Assembly (NCBI GenBank): GCA_963797175.1 | Contig: CAWCOL010000006.1 | Location: 2,998-66,997, forward strand | Length of the DNA: 64,000 nucleotides | Direction: 5' to 3' | Source of the DNA: an uncultured Actinomycetes bacterium | Lineage (GTDB): Bacteria; Actinomycetota; Thermoleophilia; Gaiellales; JAICJC01 | Shown: piece after piece, positions 8,397-17,632 of the stretch | How positions within the stretch are numbered: position 1 is the stretch's first letter | Layout: the number at the start of each line of letters is the position of its first letter | Notes under the pieces: generated by a model | The model's input: the letters and a program-made list of their open reading frames with translations, nothing else | The model's database searches: none | What the model was told of the DNA's origin: nothing | Program-made: the position numbers and the translations under genes

Positions 8397-9488
8397 ATGA
8401 AGCCCCCTGTTCTCGCCGCCGCACTCGTCGCATCCGCCTGTCTGGGAGGCGCCACCGCCGCCCTGGCCGTGCACGAGGCGACCGCCGGCTCGTCCACCAC
8501 CGTGATCACCAGCACCGAGGATGCCGCGGCCGGCTCGCAGGTGTCCTCGACCAGCACGACCACGACCAGCGCCATCGGCGCGATCTACAAGGCGGCGGCG
8601 CCCAGCGTCGTCAAGATCCTGGTCACCACTTCGGGCTCGAGCGGCAGCAGCGGCTTCGACCCGTTCGGCGGCGGGTCGGGCGGCTCGTCCCAGGCCCAGG
8701 GCACCGGCTTCATGATCGACACGAAGGGCGACATCGTCACCAACGACCACGTCGTGGACGGCGCCACCTCGATCAAGGTCAAGATGGACGACGGCACCAC
8801 CGCGAACGCGACGCTGGTCGGCGCCGACGCATCCACCGACGTTGCCGTGATCCACGTCAACGTCGACTCGAGCGAGCTCCACCCGCTCACGTTCGCCGAC
8901 TCCTCGGCGGTGCAGGTGGGCGACCCGGTCGTCGCAATCGGCGATCCGTACGGGCTCGACGACACCGTCACCTCGGGCATCATCAGCGCTCTCGGCCGCA
9001 CGATCACGTCGCCCAACAACCACAGCATCAGCGGCGCCCTGCAGACCGATGCCGCGATCAACAGCGGCAACAGCGGCGGCCCGCTGCTGAACGCGAACGG
9101 CCAGGTGATCGGCATCAACAGCCAGATCGAGTCGCAGTCCGGCGGCAACATCGGGATCGGGTTCGCCGTCCCGTCGAACACCGTCCAGAGCATCGCCGGC
9201 GAGTTGATCTCCAACGGCAAGGCGGTGCATCCCTTCCTCGGCATCGAGCTGACCGACGCGTCGGGTGGCGGCGCGTCCGTACAGAGCGTGCAGTCCGGCA
9301 CGCCGGCCGACCATGCCGGTCTCCAGAAGGGCGACGTCATCGTTGCCGCGGGAGGCACCGACGTCGCCACCGCGAACGACCTGATCGCCGTGATCGACAC
9401 CAAGAAGCCCGGCGACTCGCTGACGCTCTCGGTCCGGCGCGGTGGCGCGACCCGCACCATCACCGTGACGCTGGGGAGCCGGTCATGA
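8397..9488 (+). CDS. htrA: HtrA/DegP-family serine protease with one PDZ domain
   Basis: AAAGGA SD; signal peptide, VTNDHVV, TDVAV, QTDAAINSGNSGGPL, C-terminal PDZ. Confidence 0.93.
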   Translation: MKPPVLAAALVASACLGGATAALAVHEATAGSSTTVITSTEDAAAGSQVSSTSTTTTSAIGAIYKAAAPSVVKILVTTSGSSGSSGFDPFGGGSGGSSQAQGTGFMIDTKGDIVTNDHVVDGATSIKVKMDDGTTANATLVGADASTDVAVIHVNVDSSELHPLTFADSSAVQVGDPVVAIGDPYGLDDTVTSGIISALGRTITSPNNHSISGALQTDAAINSGNSGGPLLNANGQVIGINSQIESQSGGNIGIGFAVPSNTVQSIAGELISNGKAVHPFLGIELTDASGGGASVQSVQSGTPADHAGLQKGDVIVAAGGTDVATANDLIAVIDTKKPGDSLTLSVRRGGATRTITVTLGSRS

Positions 9489-9760
9489 CCGGGGAGGCGC
9501 GGCGCGTCCTCCTCGATCGCCGCCTCCGCTCGCTGAAGCGGGGGGTGATCGGCGTGTCGGTCGCCGGCTTCGCTGCCTTCGCCGGCCTGGCGGGCGTCCG
9601 CGGCGACGGCAAGCCCGGCACCGCCTCAGCCCGTGCGTCGACCACCCGGACGCAGGCACGGACGACCGACGAGAGCTCGTACTTCGACGGCGGCGGCTTC
9701 GGCCTCTCGCAGAGCGGCAGCTCGTCGTCCGTCCCAATGGCGCAGTCAGGAGGGTCGTAG
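9485..9760 (+). CDS. Small exported/membrane-anchored Ser/Gly-rich peptide ending in SGGS
   Basis: ATGA overlap with htrA; Arg-rich N-terminus, hydrophobic segment, C-terminal PMAQSGGS; 2 nt before apbE. Confidence 0.75.
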   Translation: MTGEARRVLLDRRLRSLKRGVIGVSVAGFAAFAGLAGVRGDGKPGTASARASTTRTQARTTDESSYFDGGGFGLSQSGSSSSVPMAQSGGS

Positions 9761-9762
9761 CG

Positions 9763-10686
9763 ATGACCATGCAGATCCCGCCCGGCCTCGTCCGCCACGC
9801 GTTCCCTGCGATGGGCACCCGCGTGATGGTGCTGCTGCCTGCGGACGACGCCCCGCTCGCCTTCGCCGTGCAGCGGCTGTTCCAGCGCTGGGAGCGGACG
9901 CTCAGCCGGTTCCTGCCCTTCAGCGAGCTGGCCCAGCTGAACGCCCGGGCGGGGACGCCGGTGCCGGTCGGCCCGCTGCTGGGCCGGGTGCTGCGCCGTG
10001 CGCTGGCCGCGGCTACCGCGACCGACGGGCTGTTCGACCCGACGGTGGGGCGGCGCCTGCGGCAGCTCGGCTACGCCGAGAGCCTCGAGCGGATCGGTGA
10101 CGAGGCGCTCGCCGGCCCGATCGCGCCGACCGGCGGGTGGCGACGGGTCGCGATCGACCCGGTCTCGGGCGCGGTGACGGTGCCCGCCGGATACGCCATC
10201 GACCTGGGCGGCATCGCCAAGGGGATGGCCGTGGACGCCGCGGTGACGGAGCTGCGCGGTGCGGGCGTCGGCTCGGCTCTGGTCTCGGCCGGGGGCGACC
10301 TGGCCGTGATCGGCCTGCCGCCGCGGATGCCCGCCTGGCTAGTGGAGGTCGACCTGGGCGAGGGTGAGCACGAGACCGTCGGCGTCACCGCGGGCGCGAT
10401 GGCGACCTCAACCGTGCTCGTCCGCCGCTGGGTGCAGGACGGCGTCGAGCGCCACCACCTGATCGACCCGCGCACGGGGCTGCCCGCGGATCGGGGCGTG
10501 CGATCGGCGACAGCCGTCGCCGGGTCGTGCGAGCAGGCGGAGGTGGCCGCCAAGACCGCGCTGATGCTCGGGCCTGAGCTGGGTGCCATCTTCCTCGACC
10601 GGCAGCGGCTCGCCGGGCTGCTGGCCTGCACCGACGGCGTCCGCCGCGTCGGCAGCTGGCCGCAGCCGCTGGCGGCCGCATCCTGA
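9763..10686 (+). CDS. apbE: FAD:protein FMN transferase
   Basis: AMGT, LSRF...SEL, GLFDPTVG, IDLGGIAKG, SAGGDL, ATS, HHLIDPRTG; no signal peptide or lipobox. Confidence 0.92.
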   Translation: MTMQIPPGLVRHAFPAMGTRVMVLLPADDAPLAFAVQRLFQRWERTLSRFLPFSELAQLNARAGTPVPVGPLLGRVLRRALAAATATDGLFDPTVGRRLRQLGYAESLERIGDEALAGPIAPTGGWRRVAIDPVSGAVTVPAGYAIDLGGIAKGMAVDAAVTELRGAGVGSALVSAGGDLAVIGLPPRMPAWLVEVDLGEGEHETVGVTAGAMATSTVLVRRWVQDGVERHHLIDPRTGLPADRGVRSATAVAGSCEQAEVAAKTALMLGPELGAIFLDRQRLAGLLACTDGVRRVGSWPQPLAAAS

Positions 10687-10696
10687 CGGCACGCCT

Positions 10697-10736
10697 TCAC
10701 AGACGATTCTGAGGTTCTCCTGGGGGCTCGCTGATC
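10697..10736. promoter_or_regulatory. Second set of 11-bp-period OmpR-type boxes
   Basis: CTGAGG 10709, CTGGGG 10720, CTGATC 10731; TCACAG at 10697. Confidence 0.45.
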
Positions 10737-10780
10737 TTTGACGTGTTTGCTGGGAGTGGCACATCCTGGAGGAGGCAACG

Positions 10781-11503
10781 ATGGAAGGTGAGACGACGAC
10801 CCCGCGGCGGCCATCCGGCCGCCGCCGGCGCGCGATCGTGGCGGTGGCGGGCGTCGGCCTGGCGCTCTCGGCGGGCGTCGCCTACGGCGCGACCCACAGC
10901 TCGAGCTCGCCGGGCGCGGCGGTGCTGGACGACGCGGCCAAGCGGCTCGGCGTCAGCAGCGCAACGCTGCGCTCGGCGCTGCAGCAGGCCACGATCGACC
11001 AGATCAACAAGCAGGTGACCGCCGGCCACCTGACGCGCAGCCAGGCCGACGCGATCATCGCCCGGATCAAGCAGGGCGACGGCTTCGGCCTCGGGTTCGG
11101 CGGCCCACCTGGTGGCTTCGGCCACCACGGGTTCGGCGAGTTCGATCACCACGGCCCCCCGGGCGGCCCGTTCGGCTTCATGGACGGCGTCTCCACATAT
11201 CTGGGGCTGACCGACACCCAGCTGCGCACGCAGCTGATGTCCGGCAAGAGCCTGGCCGACGTGGCCAAGGCGCAGGGCAAGTCCGTGTCCGGCCTCGAGG
11301 CGGCGATCGTCACCGCCGCGACCAAGCGGCTCGACCTGGCCGTCAAGGACGGGCACCTGACGGCGGCGCAGGAGAAGCGGTTCCTGGCCGGCATCACGCA
11401 GCACGTGGACGACCTCGTCACCCACGGCTTCGGTCACGAGCGCCCGATGGGCGGGACCGACACCGACGCCGGCGCGCCTCCCCCTGGCGGCCCCTGGACG
11501 TAG
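10781..11503 (+). CDS. Exported helical-repeat hypothetical protein
   Basis: GGAGGAGG SD; RRRR plus hydrophobic signal; two repeats AKRLGVSSATLRSAL / STYLGLTDTQLRTQLMSGKSLADVAKAQG with G.LT..Q; His/Gly-rich linker. Confidence 0.8.
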   Translation: MEGETTTPRRPSGRRRRAIVAVAGVGLALSAGVAYGATHSSSSPGAAVLDDAAKRLGVSSATLRSALQQATIDQINKQVTAGHLTRSQADAIIARIKQGDGFGLGFGGPPGGFGHHGFGEFDHHGPPGGPFGFMDGVSTYLGLTDTQLRTQLMSGKSLADVAKAQGKSVSGLEAAIVTAATKRLDLAVKDGHLTAAQEKRFLAGITQHVDDLVTHGFGHERPMGGTDTDAGAPPPGGPWT

Positions 11504-11574
11504 GCCGCCCATCCGTCGCGCGCCGGGCTCCTCGGCCCGGCGCGCGCGGGCTGTGGATAGGGCGGGCGGGAACG

Positions 11575-11782
11575 GTCACGCCTTCCACAACGAACCGTCA
11601 CGGAACGCCGGATCGGCTGTGTTTGGTGTCCGGTACCGTGCCGGACACCGTACCGGGCACCCCTCGCGGATCCGCATGGTTGACCGGAAACCGCCCGCCG
11701 CGAGTCCGTCACGCCTTCCACCCTGGAACGTCACGGAACGCCGGATCGGCCGTGGGAGGGGTCTGGCACGGTGCCAGACCCC
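11575..11782. repeat. Mosaic intergenic repeat: two 43-bp direct repeats plus REP-like palindromes
   Basis: GTCACGCCTTCCAC-N8-GTCACGGAACGCCGGATCGGC at 11575 and 11708; imperfect palindrome GGTGTCCGG...CCGGACACC 11625-11649; perfect GGGGTCTGGCAC-G-GTGCCAGACCCC 11758-11782. Confidence 0.8.
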
Positions 11783-11795
11783 GTGCCGGGCCCCG

Positions 11796-12737
11796 CTAGC
11801 CGGAGACGGCCACGCCGTCGAGCTCGGCGAGCTCCTCGTCGCTGAGCCGGAGGTCGGCCATCGGCAGCAGGTCGGCCAGCTGCTCGGGCGTCCTGGCGCT
11901 CGCGATCGGCGCGATCACGCCGGGCTGCGCCGCCAGCCAGGCCAGCGCGGCCGCGGCGACCGTCGTCTCGTGCGCGGCGGCGGCCGCGTCGAGCGCCTCG
12001 AGGACGGCCAGCCCGCGCTCGTCCATCAGCGGCTCCGCGTCCTCGGCCCGCTCGCTCACCACCGTCCGCCCGGGGCGGTACTTGCCCGTCAGGAAGCCGT
12101 TGGCCAGCGCGAAGTAGGGGAGGCAGCCGATGCCCTCGCGCACGCAGAGATCCTGGAGATCGCCCTCGTACTCGTCCCGGTGCAGCAGGTTGTACTCCGG
12201 CTGAACCGCGGCGTAGCGGGCGAGCCCGCCCGCGTCGCTGGCCGCGAGCGCCGCCGCCAGCCGCTCGGCGGTGAAGTTCGAGGCGCCGATCGCGCGCACC
12301 TTGCCCTCCCGGACGAGCTCGTCCAGCGTCCCCAGCGTGTCCTCCAGCGGCGTTGCGAGGTCGTCCTCGTGCGCGTAGTAGAGGTCGATGTGGTCGCTCG
12401 CCAGCCGGCTCAGCGACTCCTCGACCGCCGCCCGCACGTTGGCCGGCGCCAGGCCGCGGCGGGCGGGCAGCTTGCCCACCTTCGTCGCCACCACCATCTG
12501 CTCGCGGTTCCCGCGGGCCGCCATCCAGCGGCCGATGATCCGCTCCGAGTCGCCGCCGCTGCTGCCGTCCACCCAGACCGTGTAGGAGTCGGCCGTGTCG
12601 ATCAGGTTCCCGCCCGCCTCGGCGTAGGCGTCGAGCACGGCGAACGCCGCGTCCTCGTCCGCCGTCCAGCCGAACACGTTGCCGCCCAGGCAGAGCGGGT
12701 GCAGCTCCTGCGGGATGCCCGCGATGCGGGCGCTCAC
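11796..12737 (-). CDS. Aldo/keto reductase
   Basis: LCLGGNVFGW, IDTADSY, VATKVG, IDLYYAH, IGASNF; GTGA overlap with gabD. Confidence 0.9.
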   Translation of the reverse strand: MSARIAGIPQELHPLCLGGNVFGWTADEDAAFAVLDAYAEAGGNLIDTADSYTVWVDGSSGGDSERIIGRWMAARGNREQMVVATKVGKLPARRGLAPANVRAAVEESLSRLASDHIDLYYAHEDDLATPLEDTLGTLDELVREGKVRAIGASNFTAERLAAALAASDAGGLARYAAVQPEYNLLHRDEYEGDLQDLCVREGIGCLPYFALANGFLTGKYRPGRTVVSERAEDAEPLMDERGLAVLEALDAAAAAHETTVAAAALAWLAAQPGVIAPIASARTPEQLADLLPMADLRLSDEELAELDGVAVSG

Positions 12738-14206
12738 GCGTCCGGCGCCACGTCGCCCAGCATCAGATACTTGACGTCGAGGTACTCGTCGATGCCGAAG
12801 GCGCCGCCCTCGCGGCCGTAGCCGGACTCCTTGACGCCGCCGAACGGCACGTTGGCTGCCGAGACAATGCCGCTGTTCGCGCCGATGATGCCGTAGTCGA
12901 GCCGCTCGCCCATTCGCAGCAGCCGGGCGTAGTCGCGGGTGTGGAAATACGCCGCCAGCCCGTAGACGGTGTCGTTCGCAAGCTGCACCGCCTCGTCCTC
13001 GGTGTCGAACGCGGCAACGCCGCACACCGGGCCGAAGGTCTCCTCGCGGCTGATCAGCATCTCGCCGGTCACGTCCGCCAGCAGCGTGGGCGTGTAGTAG
13101 TTGCCCGCGCCCTCCGGCCGCGAGCCGCCGACCAGCAGGCGCGCGCCCCTGGCCACCGCGTCGCGGACGTGCTCGTCCGCCTTGTCCACGGCCCGGTCGT
13201 CGATCAGCGGGCCGATCTCGACGCCCTCGCCGGTGCCCGGCCCGACCCGCAGCGCCTTGACGCGGGCGCCCAGCCGGGTCAGGAACTCCTCGTAGACGGG
13301 ACGCTCGACGAAGGTGCGGTTCGCGCAGATGCAGGTCTGGCCGGCGTTCCGGAACTTCGACGCGACCAGCCCGGCGACGGCCTCGTCCAGGTCGCTGTCG
13401 GCGAAGATCACGTACGGCGCATGCCCGCCCAGCTCGAGCGAGAGCCGGGTGACGCGCTCCGCGGAGAGGGCGATCAGCTCCTTGCCCACCTCGGTCGAGC
13501 CGGTGAAGCTGACCTTGCGGACGCGGGAGTCGCCGAACAGCGTGCGGGCGACCATGCCCGAGCTGCGCGACGTGATCAGGTTGACGACGCCGGCAGGGGC
13601 GCCCGCCTCCTCGATCGCGCGGCAGATCAGCGCGGCCGTCAGCGGCGTCGCCGACGCCGGCTTGACGATGCTCGTGCAGCCCGCGGCCAGCGCCGGTCCC
13701 AGCTTGCGGGTGATCATCGCCGCCGGGAAGTTCCAGGGCGTGATCGCCGCCGTCACGCCCACCGGCTGGCGCAGCACGAGGACGCGGTTCCGCGCGTTCA
13801 TGGGCGGCACGACCTGGCCGTAGACGCGCTCCGCCTCGCCCGCGAACCACTCCATGAACGACGCGGCGTACTCGACCTCGCCGCGCGCCTCGGCCAGCGG
13901 CTTGCCCTGCTCGGCGGTCATCACGGCCCCGATCATGTCCGCGTCGCGGCGGATGATCTCGGCCGAGCGGCGCAGCAGCCTTGCCCGCTCGATCGCCGGC
14001 GCGGCGCGCCATGCGGGCAGCGCCGCCTCGGCGGCGTCGATCGCCCGGGCGACATCCGCCTGGGTCGCGTTTGCGGCCGTGGCGACAACCTCGCCCGTCG
14101 CGGGATCCGTGACGTCAAACCGGCCGCCGCCGTCCGCCTCGTCCCACGCGCCGCCGATCAGGAGCTTCGCGTCCTCTGCAATCGTCTGTTCGGCGAGCGT
14201 CGCCAT
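12734..14206 (-). CDS. gabD: NAD(P)-dependent succinate-semialdehyde dehydrogenase
   Basis: ITPWNFPAAMITRK, SFTGSTEVG, LELGGHAP, KFRNAGQTCIC, EETFGP, FGGVKESGYGREG; GAGGAGG SD. Confidence 0.9.
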   Translation of the reverse strand: MATLAEQTIAEDAKLLIGGAWDEADGGGRFDVTDPATGEVVATAANATQADVARAIDAAEAALPAWRAAPAIERARLLRRSAEIIRRDADMIGAVMTAEQGKPLAEARGEVEYAASFMEWFAGEAERVYGQVVPPMNARNRVLVLRQPVGVTAAITPWNFPAAMITRKLGPALAAGCTSIVKPASATPLTAALICRAIEEAGAPAGVVNLITSRSSGMVARTLFGDSRVRKVSFTGSTEVGKELIALSAERVTRLSLELGGHAPYVIFADSDLDEAVAGLVASKFRNAGQTCICANRTFVERPVYEEFLTRLGARVKALRVGPGTGEGVEIGPLIDDRAVDKADEHVRDAVARGARLLVGGSRPEGAGNYYTPTLLADVTGEMLISREETFGPVCGVAAFDTEDEAVQLANDTVYGLAAYFHTRDYARLLRMGERLDYGIIGANSGIVSAANVPFGGVKESGYGREGGAFGIDEYLDVKYLMLGDVAPDA

Positions 14207-14370
14207 CGATCCCCTCCTCGTCGTTGCGGGAATGGTAGAGCAGCACGCCATCGCCGGGCTCTTGCAAACCCCTCCGACCTGGAGGATCATCGTCGTGGCT
14301 CTCCGCTCGGACAACGTCCGCACGGGCGGCCGGGGACTGCACGGTCAACACGGGATCGCGGAGGTGGGAC

Positions 14371-15444
14371 ATGAGGGGACGGCTTGCGCACGCGCGCGCA
14401 GGGGCGCTGCGGTGGTCGCGCACCACGGCGGTCATCTGCGGCGTCGCCGCGCTGGGGCTGGTGGCGGCATCGTCCGCGGCGGCCGACATCACGCCGACGC
14501 TGCTCCAGGGCGGCTCGACGGTGGATCAGCTGGCGCCGGCGGCGACCGCGGCCTTCCAGCTGTGGGAGCAGAACTCGACGCTCTCGCCGGGGCACTACGA
14601 CGTGTTCGCGCGTCCGCGGGCCGGCGGCAGCGCCGTCAAGGTCAATCTGTCCGGGACGTTCGGGTACAACCCCAGCGCCGTCCAGAGTTCGCCGACCGGG
14701 GCGTTCATCTACCAGCAGGCGTCGAACACCAACTCGAACCTCGTCATCTACAACCCGGCGACAAAGGTGCGGACGGCGCTCCCGGCGAAGGTGAACACCA
14801 GTGGATGGGAGTACGCCGGCGTTGCCTCATCGACGTACGTCGCCTTCATGCGGGTCACCAGCACGGCCCGGGTGCTCTATCTGTACAACCGTGCGACCGG
14901 CGGGCTCAGCCAGCTCGCGACGTCGCCCAGGGGGTGCGGCAACTGCATGCGGCCGACGTTCGTCGGCGCGACCGACGTCGTCTGGTCGTCATGCTCGGCG
15001 ACCACGTTCGTCTGCAACGTCCGCGTGCACACGATCGGGGGAGGCACGGTCAGTGTGCCCAAGGCAGCGGACCCGTACTCGGCGTACGACGGGGCGATGG
15101 ACGAGGCCACGGGCGACGTCTACTTCGTCCGCTCGACGTCCTACTGCGGCCTGTTCGCCGAGATCCAGCGCTGGAACGCCGATAAGGGTGCGCCCGTCAC
15201 GATCCACGCGCTCGACGAGAGCATCGACGCCGGCGACGTTTCGCTGGCGCCGGACACGACCACGGCGGGCGACACCGACGTGCTGTACTCGCAGTTCGAC
15301 TGCATCGCCGGCGATGACGACACGTACCAGCTGGCGTCGGTGAACCAGGCCGCCAAGGTCGCGGGCCACACGCCCAGGGCCGGCGGGGCGCGCTCCGGCG
15401 GGCTGCGGCAGTCGGCTGCCGACATCGCGGCGGAGGGTCGCTAG
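14371..15444 (+). CDS. Secreted beta-rich hypothetical protein
   Basis: GGAGG SD; signal peptide ending SSAAA; Thr/Ser/Tyr-rich strands with paired cysteines. Confidence 0.7.
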   Translation: MRGRLAHARAGALRWSRTTAVICGVAALGLVAASSAAADITPTLLQGGSTVDQLAPAATAAFQLWEQNSTLSPGHYDVFARPRAGGSAVKVNLSGTFGYNPSAVQSSPTGAFIYQQASNTNSNLVIYNPATKVRTALPAKVNTSGWEYAGVASSTYVAFMRVTSTARVLYLYNRATGGLSQLATSPRGCGNCMRPTFVGATDVVWSSCSATTFVCNVRVHTIGGGTVSVPKAADPYSAYDGAMDEATGDVYFVRSTSYCGLFAEIQRWNADKGAPVTIHALDESIDAGDVSLAPDTTTAGDTDVLYSQFDCIAGDDDTYQLASVNQAAKVAGHTPRAGGARSGGLRQSAADIAAEGR

Positions 15445-15489
15445 GCGGGACGCGGGGTGCCGCCGGCCAGAGGGCGGGCGGCACCCCGG

Positions 15490-16080
15490 CTACGGCAGGT
15501 CGCCCTGGCTGCGCGGGTCGGGCAGCGCGGGGGCGATCACCCAGACGATGCGCGCCTCGGCGTCGCCGGAGGCGTTGCGCCAGGTGTGGGGGACGGCCGC
15601 GCCGAACGTGAGCGCGTCGCCGCGCTCCAGGAAGAACACGTCGCCGTCGACCACGACCTCGATCGCCCCCTCCAGGACGTAGCAGACCTCGCACTCGCTG
15701 GGCAGGGTGTAGAGCGCCGGCCCGCCCGATCCACCAGGCGCCGCGACCGTCTCCAGCACCGTCACGTGCGGCTCGTGCGCGGGCGTGATCAGCGTGTCCA
15801 CCACCGCGGCCCCGGGCAGCGTCGCCCGCGTCCGGTCGGCGGCGCGGACGAGCGTCACTCCGGGCGTTGCGAACAGCCGCTCCATCGGCAGCGAGATCGC
15901 CTCGCAGACGGCCAGCAGCGACGCCACCGAGGGGCTGGTCTCGTCCCGCTCGACCCGGGACAGGAACCCCTTGCTGAGCCCGGTGCGCTCGGCCACGTCA
16001 CCCAGCGAGAGGCGGCGCTGCTCGCGGGCATGCCGCAGCCGCGCGCCCAGGCGCACGTCGCTTTGGGCGGTCGCGCTCAC
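15490..16080 (-). CDS. XRE-family HTH + cupin transcriptional regulator (PuuR-like architecture)
   Basis: LGARLRHARE...LSKGFLSRVERDETSPS; EVCYVLEG...PHTWRN; GTGA overlap with the permease. Confidence 0.9.
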   Translation of the reverse strand: MSATAQSDVRLGARLRHAREQRRLSLGDVAERTGLSKGFLSRVERDETSPSVASLLAVCEAISLPMERLFATPGVTLVRAADRTRATLPGAAVVDTLITPAHEPHVTVLETVAAPGGSGGPALYTLPSECEVCYVLEGAIEVVVDGDVFFLERGDALTFGAAVPHTWRNASGDAEARIVWVIAPALPDPRSQGDLP

Positions 16081-17540
16081 CCGATGGCCGCCAGCTCCCG
16101 GTCGCTCGCCTCCACGGCGGCCATCTCGTCGCTGACGTCGAGGTTGCGGGTCAACACCAGGTAGGCGATCGACGTTGCCGCCAGACCGACCAGCCAGGCG
16201 ATGTCCACCCCGTTCAGATCCTTCGCGAACGGCCCCGTGTAGTAGCTCTTGAAGGTGAAGAGGTTGATCAGCACCATGAACGGGATCTCGGCGGCGAACC
16301 CGATCGCGTACGCGGCCAGGCCGCGCCACGCCCACTCGCCGTAGATGCCGTCGCCCCGGAACAGGTCGGTGATCGCGTAGTGCCCGCGGCGGACGAAGAA
16401 GAAGTCGATCAGGTTCGTCGCCGTCCACGGCACCAGCAGGTACAGCATCAGCGTCAGCGCCGTGTAGACAGCGCCCACCGAGTTGGTCGAGATCGACTTG
16501 CCGATCACGAACCAGACAACGGTCAGCGCCAGGATGGTGACGATCCGCGCGCTGCGGGTGGGTGTCAGCTTGCGGAAGCTGTCGATGCCCGTCAGCGTGG
16601 TCAGCATCCCGCCGTAGGCGTTCATGCCCATCGTCGCGGCCAGGGCCGTCGCCGAGACCAGCGCCGCGACCGAGCCGAGGTGCCCGAACATGTTGTTGCC
16701 CGCGGTCTGGAGTCCGACCAGGCCGTCCGTCGCGCCCAGCCGGATCGCCAGCCACGCGCCCAGCGCGATCAGCCAGATGGCCGGCGTTGACGCACCCGCG
16801 AACACCGACGCGATGATCTTGCCGCGCGGGGTGTCCTTGGGCAGGTACCGCGAGTAGTCCGACACGTACGGCGCGTAGGTGATGTTGTACGCGGCGCCGG
16901 CGGAGAGCTGGGCCATGAACGCCGTCCAGTTGAAGCCGTAGGACGCGGTGCTGGGGCCGCCGCCGGCGTGGCCGGTGAGGACGCCGATCGTGATGATGGT
17001 CATCAGCGGCAGCAGGAGCACCAGCAGCATCCGGAAGACGCGATGCACCCAGTCGTGCCCGTAGATCGCCAGCAGGGCGGCGCCGGCGGCGGTGACGACG
17101 GCGATCACGTCCGCGTTCCAGCCGAAGGCGCCGTTCAGGCCCTGGGACATCAGCACCTGGTCGGCGACGTTGAATGCGAGGTAGGTGAAGAGCGTCGCGA
17201 ACAGCGCGACGACCACGCCCTTGTAGCCGAACTGTGCGCGCGACTGGATCATCTGCGGCAGCCCCAGCGTCGGCCCCTGAGACGCGTGGAAGGCCATGAA
17301 GACGGTGCCGATCAGGATGCCGGCCGTCCCGGCCAGGATCGACCACCACAGCGAGAGGCCCAGGCTGGGGCCGACGAAGCCGATCGGGATCGAGAAGTAC
17401 TGGAAGTTGCCGAGGAACCAGAGCGGGCCCTGGTGCCACAGCTTGCCGTGCCGCTCGTTCTCGGGAACCCAGTCGATCGAGCGCACCTCGATGCCGTGGA
17501 TGCCGCTGGGCGCGTGCGCCGGCATGGTCTCGGTGGCCAT
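16077..17540 (-). CDS. NCS1 (purine-cytosine permease family) transporter
   Basis: IEVRSIDWVPENERHG, GLPQMIQSRAQFG, YVSDYSRYLP, about 12 TM segments; AAGGGAG SD. Confidence 0.9.
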   Translation of the reverse strand: MATETMPAHAPSGIHGIEVRSIDWVPENERHGKLWHQGPLWFLGNFQYFSIPIGFVGPSLGLSLWWSILAGTAGILIGTVFMAFHASQGPTLGLPQMIQSRAQFGYKGVVVALFATLFTYLAFNVADQVLMSQGLNGAFGWNADVIAVVTAAGAALLAIYGHDWVHRVFRMLLVLLLPLMTIITIGVLTGHAGGGPSTASYGFNWTAFMAQLSAGAAYNITYAPYVSDYSRYLPKDTPRGKIIASVFAGASTPAIWLIALGAWLAIRLGATDGLVGLQTAGNNMFGHLGSVAALVSATALAATMGMNAYGGMLTTLTGIDSFRKLTPTRSARIVTILALTVVWFVIGKSISTNSVGAVYTALTLMLYLLVPWTATNLIDFFFVRRGHYAITDLFRGDGIYGEWAWRGLAAYAIGFAAEIPFMVLINLFTFKSYYTGPFAKDLNGVDIAWLVGLAATSIAYLVLTRNLDVSDEMAAVEASDRELAAIG

Positions 17541-17632
17541 CAGAAGTCTCCCTTCGGCGTCGGTGCGATTGCATATCTGTAGACGATCGTTGCCCAATGG
17601 TCAATTGGCCGGGCCGTGTATCGTCGCCGTCC

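Noticed and set aside
11575-11750. 43-bp direct repeats as a CRISPR array
   Set aside because: Only two copies, a 90-bp spacer that itself contains repeat sequence, and no cas genes
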